Origin: a bacterium
GTDB taxonomy: Bacteria; Electryoneota; Electryoneia; Electryoneales; Electryoneaceae
Direction of reading: 5' to 3'
DNA length: 64,000 nt
Assembly: GCA_963675295.2 (NCBI GenBank)
Contig: CAXXKJ010000002.1
Location: forward strand, 4,096,001-4,160,000
Below are positions 8,297 through 17,347 of the stretch, one piece after another; position 1 is the stretch's first letter, and every line of letters starts with the position of its first letter. The notes under the pieces are model-generated. The model did not search any database and was not told the DNA's origin. It saw only the letters and a list, made by a program, of their open reading frames with translations. The position numbers were made by a program, and so were the translations under genes.

Positions 8297-11200
8297 AGCT
8301 GACGAATCTCGTTCTCGAGAACCGGCAGTTCACCGGCGTCGCGATTGTGCTGCTGCTGATCTTCGGTGTGACGGGCTTCATGGCGATGCCGCGCAGCGAG
8401 GATCCGTTCATGCGGCCGCCGTTCGTGAACGTGTACGTGATCGTGCCGGGCGCTTCGCCGGAAGACCTCGAAAACCTCGTGCTCGACCCGTTGGACGATC
8501 TGGTCCGGGAAGTCGACGACGTGAAACATACGACCGGCACCGTTCGTGAAGGCGTCGTCTTCCTCAACGTCGAGTTCAATGCCGGCGCGGACCAGCAGGA
8601 GAAGGAAACCGAGATCGAGGACAAGCTGGTCGAGGCGCAGCAGGAATTCCCGGAAGGGGTGCTGCGTGCCGAGGTCGATGCGTGGTCCTCGTTTCATGTC
8701 TATTTCGTGCAGCTGGCGTTGCTGTCGGAAAACCGTCCGATGCGCGACCTCGACCGCTATGCCGAGCGGCTTGAGACGATCCTGAACACGTATGTCTCGA
8801 TGGAGGACGTGGAAATCTTCGGGTTGCGGGATCAGGAGGTCCGCGTCTCGGTCAACCCGGAAAAGCTGGCGGCGTATGGGATTCCGTTGAGCCAGGTGAT
8901 CAACGCGATCCAGTCGGCCGGAGTCAACATCCCGGGCGGGACGGTCAATTCCGGCGACCGGTCATTGACGGTGCTGACCTCGGGTGATTTCGAGTCGATT
9001 GATGAGATCAGGCGTGTGGTGGTCGCTGGTTCGGCGGTTAGTCCTGTGTATCTCGGTGAGGTGGCGGATGTCCATTTCGATTACGCCGACCGCACTCACC
9101 TGATGCGTGTCAACGGCACGCCCGGCGTGGTGATCGGCGCGCGGCAGAAGCCGGGCTACAACGTGCTGTCGGTAATCGACCAGCTGAACGAAGATCTGGA
9201 GCAGTTTAAAGCCGAATTGCCGCCGGACATTCAGTTGCAATGGGTCTTCGACCAGTCGCATTCGGTGCACGAACGCATCACCAACTTCTTCCGCAACCTG
9301 TTGCAGGGGATTGTGCTGGTCGGGCTGGTGATGGTGCTGGCGTTGGGCTGGCGTCCCGCGCTGGTGGTGATGGTCGCGATCCCGCTGTCGTTCACGATCG
9401 CGATGGGCTTCATCGATATGGCCGGCTATGCGATTCAGCAGATGACGATCGCGGCGATGGTGATTTCGCTCGGTTTGCTGGTCGACAACGGCATCGTCGT
9501 CACGGAAAACATCAACACGCATCTGGTCAAGGGTGCGTCCCGGATGAAAGCCGCCCGGATCGGCACCAGCCAGGTTGGCTGGGCGGTGACCGCGAGTACG
9601 GTGACCACGGTGCTCGCGTTCGTGCCGATGGCGATGATGAAGGACACCTCAGGCGATTTCATCCGCTCGATGCCGATCTCGGTGATGTTGATTCTCGCTG
9701 CGTCATTGCTGGTGGCGTTGACCGTCAGCCCGATGATCTCGATGAAGGTGATGCGTCCGATCACCTTCGACAAACAGCCTGTGCTTGTGCGTAAGCTGTA
9801 CGATTTCGTCAACGGGCCATACCGCCGCGCACTGGTCTGGGGCCTGCGTCACCGGACATTGGTCATCCTCATTTCGACGCTCAGCCTGTTCGGTTCGTTC
9901 GCGCTGTTTCCGTTGGTCGGGGTCTCATTTTTCCCGAAGGCGGAGAAGCGTGTGTTTCTCGTCGATATTAGCCTGCCGCGCGGGTCGAGCCTCGATGCGA
10001 CCGACCGTGCCCTGACCTGGGTCGAACAGCAGTTGCTGCAGGAAGACCAGATCAAACTGGTCAGCGCCAATCTCGGCCGCGGGCAGCCGTCGATCTATTA
10101 CAACGTGCCGATTGGCGCGGAAGCGACGCACTACGGACAGATATACGTTGAGACGAAGTCGCTGCTTGGTTCGGATTTGACAATGTACCTCGATTCGTTA
10201 CGCACCGTGTTCGCCCAGTACCCCGGCGCGAAGATCGAGCTGGCGGAGTTGGAGCAGGGTCCGGGGTCGGGCAGCCCGATTGAGGTTCGCTTCTACGCCG
10301 AGAACAATGAGGTGTTGGCAGACGCAGCGTCCCGGCTGGAGGATCACCTGCGTACCATCCCCGGGGTGGTCAATGTCAACAACCCGAGCGCCGACCGTGC
10401 GGTGAACTTGCAGGTGGAGATCAACCGTGACAAGGCGGCGCTGCTCGGAACGCCGTTGCATGAGATCGACCGGGCGGTGCGCACCGCGATTGCCGGCTGG
10501 GAGGCGTCCAGCTACCGCGACGCCGACGGGACCGATTACCCGGTGATGGTGCGATTGCCGTCTGGTGAGAACGCCACACCGGACGATTTCCTCCGCATCT
10601 ACATCCCGACGGCATCCGGCAAACAGGTGCAGCTCGCGGAAGTGGCTCAGTTGCAGCTCGATTCCGGGCATGGCCTGATCCAACGCCGGGACGGCCGCCG
10701 GATGGCGACCGTTGGCGCGAGCACTTCCGGCCGTCCGACGGCGGAAGTCGAAGCGGAAGTTCGCGAGTGGCTTGAGAACACCAGCTTCGGGCCGGGCGTG
10801 AACTACGATTTCGGCGGCGAACAGGAAGCGCGCGGTGAAAGCTTCACCAGCATGTACCAAGCGACCAGTATCGCGATTGTCGGCATCTTCGCCGTGCTGG
10901 TGCTGATGTTCCGTTCGCTGCGGCAACCGTTGATCATCTTTGCCGCGCTGCCGCTGGCGTTTATCGGCTCAATCCTCGCCTTGTTTGTGACAGGCTATAC
11001 GTTCTCGTTTACTGCTTTTGTCGGGCTGACGTCTCTGGTCGGAATTGTCGTCAACAACTCGATCCTGCTCGTGGACATGACAAACCAGAACCGGCTCGGT
11101 GGTATGACCCGGTGTGAGGCGTTGATCGAATCCGGCACCAGCCGGTTTGTCCCGATTCTGCTGACCACGACGACGACGATCTTCGGGCTGCTGCCATTGA

Positions 11201-11343
11201 GCTTGTCCGGCAGCACGTTGTGGGGACCGATGGGCTGGGTGATTATCGGCGGATTGGTGACCAGTACCGCACTGACGTTGATTGTCGTGCCTGTGCTGTA
11301 CGAGGTCTTCAGCGAGAAGCAGATCGGTGAAGCGGCGGCGTAA
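8293..11343 (+). CDS. RND efflux permease (AcrB/AcrD/AcrF family)
   Basis: About 1016 aa; PGASPEDLE, GLLVDNGIVVTEN, GIVVNNSILLVD and RFVPILLT motifs; ATGA overlap with the MFP gene. Confidence 0.93.
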   Translation: MKLTNLVLENRQFTGVAIVLLLIFGVTGFMAMPRSEDPFMRPPFVNVYVIVPGASPEDLENLVLDPLDDLVREVDDVKHTTGTVREGVVFLNVEFNAGADQQEKETEIEDKLVEAQQEFPEGVLRAEVDAWSSFHVYFVQLALLSENRPMRDLDRYAERLETILNTYVSMEDVEIFGLRDQEVRVSVNPEKLAAYGIPLSQVINAIQSAGVNIPGGTVNSGDRSLTVLTSGDFESIDEIRRVVVAGSAVSPVYLGEVADVHFDYADRTHLMRVNGTPGVVIGARQKPGYNVLSVIDQLNEDLEQFKAELPPDIQLQWVFDQSHSVHERITNFFRNLLQGIVLVGLVMVLALGWRPALVVMVAIPLSFTIAMGFIDMAGYAIQQMTIAAMVISLGLLVDNGIVVTENINTHLVKGASRMKAARIGTSQVGWAVTASTVTTVLAFVPMAMMKDTSGDFIRSMPISVMLILAASLLVALTVSPMISMKVMRPITFDKQPVLVRKLYDFVNGPYRRALVWGLRHRTLVILISTLSLFGSFALFPLVGVSFFPKAEKRVFLVDISLPRGSSLDATDRALTWVEQQLLQEDQIKLVSANLGRGQPSIYYNVPIGAEATHYGQIYVETKSLLGSDLTMYLDSLRTVFAQYPGAKIELAELEQGPGSGSPIEVRFYAENNEVLADAASRLEDHLRTIPGVVNVNNPSADRAVNLQVEINRDKAALLGTPLHEIDRAVRTAIAGWEASSYRDADGTDYPVMVRLPSGENATPDDFLRIYIPTASGKQVQLAEVAQLQLDSGHGLIQRRDGRRMATVGASTSGRPTAEVEAEVREWLENTSFGPGVNYDFGGEQEARGESFTSMYQATSIAIVGIFAVLVLMFRSLRQPLIIFAALPLAFIGSILALFVTGYTFSFTAFVGLTSLVGIVVNNSILLVDMTNQNRLGGMTRCEALIESGTSRFVPILLTTTTTIFGLLPLSLSGSTLWGPMGWVIIGGLVTSTALTLIVVPVLYEVFSEKQIGEAAA

Positions 11344-11400
11344 GGTGTGGTGGCAGAATAAGGTTTGGTGGCAACAAACGATGTGGTTGCAGAAGCAGAC

Positions 11401-11560
11401 CTTACCACGGATTTAAGTCCGTGGTAAGCGAACCCAGGGACTACGATCCGGGAACAAAGGTCCGGGAACGTATTTACCACGGACTTAAGTCCGTGGTAAG
11501 TGATTTGGGGAACTCAGGCCCGGGGACTCAAGCCCGGGAACTCAAGTCCGGGAACTCGAA
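11401..11560. repeat. Cluster of REP-like palindromes (CCACGGA-TTAAG-TCCGTGG type) and 14-bp tandem units
   Basis: CTTACCACGGATTTAAGTCCGTGGTAAG (11401-11428), TTACCACGGACTTAAGTCCGTGGTAA (11474-11499), then GGGAACTCAGGCCC/GGGGACTCAAGCCC/GGGAACTCAAGTCC; lies between convergent genes. Confidence 0.75.
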
Positions 11561-11674
11561 CTTGTAGATTCAACGAGAAGGAACCCGGTCTGCATCCCCC
11601 TGGAGGTTTGGGGTCAGGCCGGGTTAGTCGTCCTGTCAAGAGGACGCGCACAGGCGTGAACAGATACTGGCTTG

Positions 11675-12055
11675 TTACGACAGGCGCATCGGGATTGTTG
11701 GCCGTGCAAGCTCCTCGGTCGTCGAATCGAGCGCGGCAAGGGCGCTTTCCAGTTCGTCCCAGGAGACAAACCGTGCCTGGTGGAATTCTTCCATCAGGTC
11801 CGCGACCTTGTCGGGCATGCCATCGGCAAACACGAGGGGAATGGACTCTACCCCCGGTTGATTGCGCAGTGCTTTTGCAGTCTGGTATCCATGGGTGGGC
11901 AGCCGTCGCAGGGAAATCACAACCCCGTCCGGCTTCGAATCTTCGACGGCTCCAACGGTTGTAAAGCCGGCAATAACTTCGTGTCCCCAGATACGGAGCT
12001 CGCTTGCCAGCTCCTGTTGTTCCTGGTCATCCCAGTGTACGAGGAGCACTCGCAT
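11675..12055 (-). CDS. Atypical stand-alone receiver-domain protein
   Basis: GGAGG RBS; MRVLLVHWDD...PDGVVISL..LP..GY.TAKALR....IPLVF follows the REC pattern, but Ser stands at the expected phospho-Asp. Confidence 0.65.
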   Translation of the reverse strand: MRVLLVHWDDQEQQELASELRIWGHEVIAGFTTVGAVEDSKPDGVVISLRRLPTHGYQTAKALRNQPGVESIPLVFADGMPDKVADLMEEFHQARFVSWDELESALAALDSTTEELARPTIPMRLS

Positions 12056-12471
12056 GACTGCCTCCACGCCAGTTGGTACTGCACCCCAATACTACATCAC
12101 CCTCTCCCCTTGCGCACAAGTGTAAAGCCTTGCACTTTCTTACACAAGGCTGACTGTTAAATTTGTGTAAAAAGATCGGAGCCTCCAGGGGCTCGAACTC
12201 GGCTGGATTACGTAATTTCCAAGGTTATTACATTGCAGGATCGGTCAATCAGCGTTCAATTCACCTTCTACTTTAACTTTTCATGCAAACATTCGGCATA
12301 CGTTTGCATCATCTGAAAATGAGAACTGAAACCTCAAAAACCGAAGATTGAGACGGCCGTTGAGCGAATTGAGTCGCACCAAGTGATTCAATTTCGGCTT
12401 TATCCCGGACGTGAGATTATCTGCATTTTTGCAAGCGGTTCCAGCGTGATCATCACAATTGAGAAGCAAGC

Positions 12472-13053
12472 ATGAGCGACATTGAAACCCATCTTTCCCT
12501 TGATCTGCCGGGCTGGTTGCCGGATGAACTGGCATCCTTTCCTGTGCTGGCTGACCAGACCGCCCGTGTCAATGCGGTCAACCGTCTCGCGGAACGAAAC
12601 GTACGCGAACAAACCGGCGGCCCCTTCGCGGCGCTGGTCGTGAACCGGGAGGGCGTGATCCTCTCTGCAGGCGTCAATCTGGTGACCACGAGTGGGATCT
12701 CGTGCGCGCACGCCGAAGTGGTGGCGTTGGGACTGGCACAACGCAAGCTGGGCACGTGGGACCTGTCGCCGTATAACCTGGAACTGGTCAGCTCGTGCGA
12801 ACCATGCGCCATGTGCACCGGCGCGGTGCTGTGGAGTGGCGTGCGGTCACTGGTCTACAGCGCGGCGGGCGAGGATGCGCGGTCTATCGGCTTCGACGAA
12901 GGCGACAAGACAGCGGATTGGGCGGAACGTTTACGGCAACGTGGAATTGCGGTGGCTGGGCCCGTGCAACGCGATCAGGGCGCGCGTGTCTTCGAGCAGT
13001 ACCTCACCGCCGGGGGACAGGTATACAACAGCGGATCGAACCGCTACAAATGA
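12472..13053 (+). CDS. Zn-dependent nucleoside/nucleobase deaminase (guanine deaminase/TadA-like)
   Basis: GGPFAA, AHAE, CEPCAMC and GFDEG motifs. Confidence 0.88.
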   Translation: MSDIETHLSLDLPGWLPDELASFPVLADQTARVNAVNRLAERNVREQTGGPFAALVVNREGVILSAGVNLVTTSGISCAHAEVVALGLAQRKLGTWDLSPYNLELVSSCEPCAMCTGAVLWSGVRSLVYSAAGEDARSIGFDEGDKTADWAERLRQRGIAVAGPVQRDQGARVFEQYLTAGGQVYNSGSNRYK

Positions 13054-13188
13054 AATACTCACAATGGACGCGATCAGGATTTCTGGCCACTTCGGCTCTC
13101 TCGCTTGTACACGAACACAGCGACGTATACATTAAGAGTAGCATCGCTCTCACAGACGACCGTTGCTGCCATGCACAGCGAGGGAAAG

Positions 13189-15441
13189 ATGAAATCGACG
13201 ATCCGCAATCTGGCTCTTCTGCTCCTGCTTGTGTTCGCCATTCTGCCGTTGTCCCCACTCGCCCAGGACATGATCCTCGAAAATAGCTGGGCAAGCTTTT
13301 GGGACGGACAAGCATTTTCGTTTGCGGATGGAGACATTCTATGGCACGTCTGCGATGAATCCGGTTTAAAGGTCCTTGATATCACCAACCCTGAGGTTCC
13401 AAACGAGATAACTTCGCATCGATGGTTTCGTCACGTTAAATACATGGACAGGCAGGGAGATATACTGTACGGAGTCAGCGAACATGGTATCCGTACGTTA
13501 AATGTTGCTGATCCTCGTATTCCAGAGTACGGTGTCCAATATCATCTTTTCGATGAAACGGGCGAATATCGTGTTACCGGCTTATTTATACAATGTCTCG
13601 ACAGCATTGCAGTAGTCGGCTACGAAACTCAAAACGTCTATCCACCTGGGATTGGTTACCAGTTAGTTGATATCAGCAATCCTGACTCTCTAACAACTTT
13701 AGCATGGTTTCCCGATATCTATCCTGTATCTATACAGGATAATATCATGATTGCCTCGCCATCCAGATATTTGTATGGAGTTTATATAGTAGACATAGCA
13801 GATTTATTTGCCCCTGAGATCACTTATAGCTTCCAAGATATGCATTATCCATTCTATGATGGTTCATATTTATTTATCACAAGTGAAGATAATTTTAAAG
13901 TAGGAATATACGATATAATGGATTTACACGATCCATTAATGGTATGTGATCATATCATTAGCTCACACAGTGGTACATGCAGAGCAGTACAAACAGTTAA
14001 CAACACACTTATTGTACATTGTGGTATTAGTGATAAGGAATTAATATCTTATGACATTAGACATCCCGAATCTCCGATACTTATAAATAGTATTGAAGTA
14101 GAATACAACTGGTACTATGGTGCAACAAAAAGAGGAAATTATATTATAAACAAGTCGTGTGGAATGTATAATACTACTGTAAATATGGTAGTGATAGGTA
14201 ATGAAGGAGATATATTTCCAATATATGATTACCACAGTAGGCTAATCAACAATATATTTATCAGAAATGACATATTACTAGTAGATACTGGGTACGATGA
14301 ATTGAAACTGGTAGATTATTCTGATTATGCAAATCCAAGATTAATAAATAGATTTAAATTCGAGGGAATTGCGACAGAATATACTTATCATCTAATGATG
14401 TCAGGAAATCTCGGTGGTTTAGAAGGATACGTGCAGAATCAATATGCGATATTTGATATGCGCAACTGGAATAATATCCAACACATAGAGACTATTAATG
14501 GCGAAAAATTAGCTTTAGGCGATCATTTAGCTTGGACAAGAGTTAACGACTACCTTCGCGTCTGTGAATATTCTGATGAATGTGAAAGGATAAACTATGA
14601 TTATATAACACTATGCGAAGGCCAGAATATTGAGATATTTGCGGCTGATACGCTGGCATTTGTAATTGATGAAAGCGAGGAATACCAAATACCCGCCATA
14701 GGGTATATATTATCTTACACTAATGATACAATTCAGGTTGTGTCGACATTTGAGATACCTTATTATCCATATTCAATATATTTCGGTGGTATGATACAGA
14801 ACTACGCCTTGTTTTGCGATTACAATTCATCGTCGAATTACTTGCTTGATTTATCTGATATTAATAACCCTGTCTTGCGCTTAGCTGAATTTCCAAGCGT
14901 ATCTGATCCTATCATGTTGTATCGAAATACACATATTGATGATACTACTTGGCTTGCAACTCAGGCTCGTACCATTTACATCGTCGACATGCACGATCCA
15001 CTTCATCCTGTCATTACTGGCGAGTGGACGAGTACACTTCCAAACTATGGTTCTTTGCTGAATATCGTCGCCAATGATGAATTTGCATTCGTATCGAACA
15101 GCGCTTCGATCCTTTGCCTTGACTACACAGATCCTTTGTCCGTCTCTGACCCTCTTTCACTGGCGCAAATCCCTGATGAGCAAGGTCTCATCCGGATCTA
15201 CCCCAACCCGTTTAATACAGCGGCAACGGTTCAGTTGAACATTACGACACCCGGTTGGTATCGTGGGAAGGTGTATGACGTGCTCGGGCGTGAGGTGGCG
15301 CAGGTGCTGGAGTCCCGGCTTGTGCCGGGCGAACACAGCTTCACGTTCCAGGCGACAGGCATGGCGAGTGGGGTGTACCTGTTGCAGTTAAGTGGCCCGG
15401 ATGGCGTCGCTTCCGCGCAACGAATCACCGTACTCAAATAG
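13189..15441 (+). CDS. Secreted LVIVD-repeat protein with T9SS-like C-terminal domain
   Basis: Signal peptide MKSTIRNLALLLLLVFAILPLSPLA; repeated L.V.DI.NP..P units; C-terminal YPNPFN...YDVLGREV...SGVYLL...RITVLK; AT-rich core. Confidence 0.82.
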   Translation: MKSTIRNLALLLLLVFAILPLSPLAQDMILENSWASFWDGQAFSFADGDILWHVCDESGLKVLDITNPEVPNEITSHRWFRHVKYMDRQGDILYGVSEHGIRTLNVADPRIPEYGVQYHLFDETGEYRVTGLFIQCLDSIAVVGYETQNVYPPGIGYQLVDISNPDSLTTLAWFPDIYPVSIQDNIMIASPSRYLYGVYIVDIADLFAPEITYSFQDMHYPFYDGSYLFITSEDNFKVGIYDIMDLHDPLMVCDHIISSHSGTCRAVQTVNNTLIVHCGISDKELISYDIRHPESPILINSIEVEYNWYYGATKRGNYIINKSCGMYNTTVNMVVIGNEGDIFPIYDYHSRLINNIFIRNDILLVDTGYDELKLVDYSDYANPRLINRFKFEGIATEYTYHLMMSGNLGGLEGYVQNQYAIFDMRNWNNIQHIETINGEKLALGDHLAWTRVNDYLRVCEYSDECERINYDYITLCEGQNIEIFAADTLAFVIDESEEYQIPAIGYILSYTNDTIQVVSTFEIPYYPYSIYFGGMIQNYALFCDYNSSSNYLLDLSDINNPVLRLAEFPSVSDPIMLYRNTHIDDTTWLATQARTIYIVDMHDPLHPVITGEWTSTLPNYGSLLNIVANDEFAFVSNSASILCLDYTDPLSVSDPLSLAQIPDEQGLIRIYPNPFNTAATVQLNITTPGWYRGKVYDVLGREVAQVLESRLVPGEHSFTFQATGMASGVYLLQLSGPDGVASAQRITVLK

Positions 15442-15458
15442 CAACATACAGGAGAAAG

Positions 15459-15487
15459 TTCCGTTTATTCCGTGTATTCCGTGGTTT
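15459..15487. repeat. 9-bp degenerate tandem repeat (TTCCGTGTA-like)
   Basis: TTCCGTTTA TTCCGTGTA TTCCGTGG between two convergent stop codons. Confidence 0.5.
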
Positions 15488-16868
15488 AGAGCTGTTTCCG
15501 CAGTTGCTTCGCGAAGATCAGGCCGATCACGCCGCAGAGTCCACCGGTAGTCCCGATGATCAGGAACAGCAGCGGCGCGGGGATCAGCTCCAGTATCAGC
15601 CCGGTCAACCCGCTCGAGATCGCCGACATGCCGACCACCGCAAGGCTGATTAACGAGAATATTCGCCCGCGCATCGTCGCCGGCACCACCTCCTGTATCA
15701 GGGACGCCCGGCTGACGGTCAGCAGCGGTACCGCCATGCCGTGAATGATGGACAGGACGCCGAGTTGCGTCAACGTCTGCGCGAAGAAGTACGGGATGAA
15801 GGTGAAGCCGTCGAAGACCATCCCCCACAGCAGCATGTTGCCTTTCGGAATCCTGCCACCCCAAAGCACCAACGCTACGGTTCCAAGCAACATGCCGATC
15901 GCAAACGCCATCGCCATCAGGGCGTAATCGGACGCACTCCCGGCGAACGTTTCCCGGATCAGCACCGGCATGCCGACAATCGCCGGACCCATGATGAACA
16001 GGTTGTCGGCGACAGTGATCAACAGTAATGGCAGAATCACCGGCTGCTTCGCAGTGTAGCTCAGCCCCTGCCGGATATCGTCCCAACCCTCGCGGACACG
16101 CACGGTCCACCGACTGCGGGCTGTCGCATGCGGAGGAATACTGCCAGCGGCGGCTGATTCAGCAGGGCCTGACCAGGATTGTCCAGGGACACTTGCTCCG
16201 CCAAGTGTCCCTTCATCCCGGGGACACTTTGAGGACAAAGTGTCCCCGGGATGTGCGATTTCCTGCGTTTCCGGCTTCGGCCGCAGCAGCCAGATGGTGA
16301 GGAAGGAGAGGGCGTACGCGCCGGCGTCCACCGCGAACAGCGGTATCAGGCCCATTACGCTAAGCAATCCTCCGGCGATCGCCGGGCCCATCAGGAGGGC
16401 CAGTTGCCAGCTGGTCTGGATCAGGCTGTTGGCCTTGAGCAAGCCGGACGCCGGCACCAGTTGCGGGATGATGGCGTCTTTGGTCGGATTGAAAAATGCG
16501 GCGGCGGAGGCAATCACGAAGGCGTTGATCACCAGCACCCACGGGCTGAGGAAGCCAAGCAGTGAGGCCAACGGGATGCCGAGGATGGCAATGGCGCGGA
16601 CACCATCCGCAATCAGCATCACCCGTCTCCGATTCGCCCGGTCGGCGACCACTCCGGCGACCAGCGCGAGCAGGATCGTCGGCAGGTAGGAGCTCATCGC
16701 GACGAGGCCGGTGATCGCCTTGGAGGCGGTCAGCTCCAGCGCGAGCCACAGCAGGGCGATCTGGTAGATGCTGTCGCCGCTCATGCTGATGACCTGCCCC
16801 GCCCAGAGCAGGCTCAGGTCGCGTGTCTGGAAGACGGAGCGAAGGTATCGTCGCAGCGGTGAGCTCAT
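15486..16868 (-). CDS. MFS transporter (DHA3/macrolide-efflux-like) with an expanded central loop
   Basis: LLWAGQVISMSGD; GVVADRANRRRVMLIAD motif A; about 12 hydrophobic segments; VPATMRGRIFS. Confidence 0.9.
   Translation of the reverse strand: MSSPLRRYLRSVFQTRDLSLLWAGQVISMSGDSIYQIALLWLALELTASKAITGLVAMSSYLPTILLALVAGVVADRANRRRVMLIADGVRAIAILGIPLASLLGFLSPWVLVINAFVIASAAAFFNPTKDAIIPQLVPASGLLKANSLIQTSWQLALLMGPAIAGGLLSVMGLIPLFAVDAGAYALSFLTIWLLRPKPETQEIAHPGDTLSSKCPRDEGTLGGASVPGQSWSGPAESAAAGSIPPHATARSRWTVRVREGWDDIRQGLSYTAKQPVILPLLLITVADNLFIMGPAIVGMPVLIRETFAGSASDYALMAMAFAIGMLLGTVALVLWGGRIPKGNMLLWGMVFDGFTFIPYFFAQTLTQLGVLSIIHGMAVPLLTVSRASLIQEVVPATMRGRIFSLISLAVVGMSAISSGLTGLILELIPAPLLFLIIGTTGGLCGVIGLIFAKQLRKQL
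16185..16253. repeat. Two REP-like palindromes inside the MFS coding sequence
   Basis: AGGGACACTTG-N6-CAAGTGTCCCT (16185-16212) and the perfect 18-bp stem CATCCCGGGGACACTTTG-AGGA-CAAAGTGTCCCCGGGATG (16214-16253). Confidence 0.8.
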
Positions 16869-17000
16869 GGCGTGGAAGATACGGCGACTCGGTGACCTGG
16901 TGCCCGAGATAATCCGGCGTTTCTGCGTTATCGCGGGTCAGACTCCGGATTGGCACCAGTCCTCACGAACCTCGGAATCCGGGTGAAATCACTTCTTTGT

Positions 17001-17240
17001 TCAGTTGCCGAGAAACAATCCAACCGCGAGGAGAAGGAACAGGAAAACCCCGCTGATCAAGAGAAAGGTAGGGTTGCCGTTGCTGCGGGCGAACCACATG
17101 AGGATCACAAGACCCACCCCTGCAGCGCGTACCAGGATCGGATGACCAGCAACTGTCGCGCTGGTGAATCCGGCGGTTGGTATCCTGCCCCAGATAATCA
17201 GATAGGCAGCTGCGAGCAGGAAAAATCCGTGCAGTATCAT
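17001..17240 (-). CDS. Small hypothetical membrane protein
   Basis: 79 aa, about three hydrophobic segments, G-rich RBS-like sequence, co-oriented with its neighbours. Confidence 0.45.
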   Translation of the reverse strand: MILHGFFLLAAAYLIIWGRIPTAGFTSATVAGHPILVRAAGVGLVILMWFARSNGNPTFLLISGVFLFLLLAVGLFLGN

Positions 17241-17347
17241 CGGAATCCCCCAGGGATGGTTACATCAGCGCAATGTCAAAACCTGATTGCTACCAATTTA
17301 CAGGGGGATTCACACGATCGCAAATGTTCACAAGGAAACTCGCAACA

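Noticed and set aside
11401-11560. Possible CRISPR array (two 26-28-bp palindromic repeats about 45 bp apart)
   Set aside because: There are only two copies, the intervening DNA is itself repetitive, a further copy lies alone at 28070, and no cas gene is present. REP-like repeats fit better.
11582-11670. Possible structured ncRNA (AACCCGGTCTG...CAGGCCGGGTT stem and small hairpins)
   Set aside because: It matches no RNA family I recognise and lies between convergent genes, where terminator-like stems are expected. An Rfam/Infernal search would be needed.
4754-15441. Diversity-generating retroelement or integron as the cause of the variable AT-rich cores
   Set aside because: No reverse transcriptase, template/variable repeat pair, integrase or attC-like site is visible in the window.
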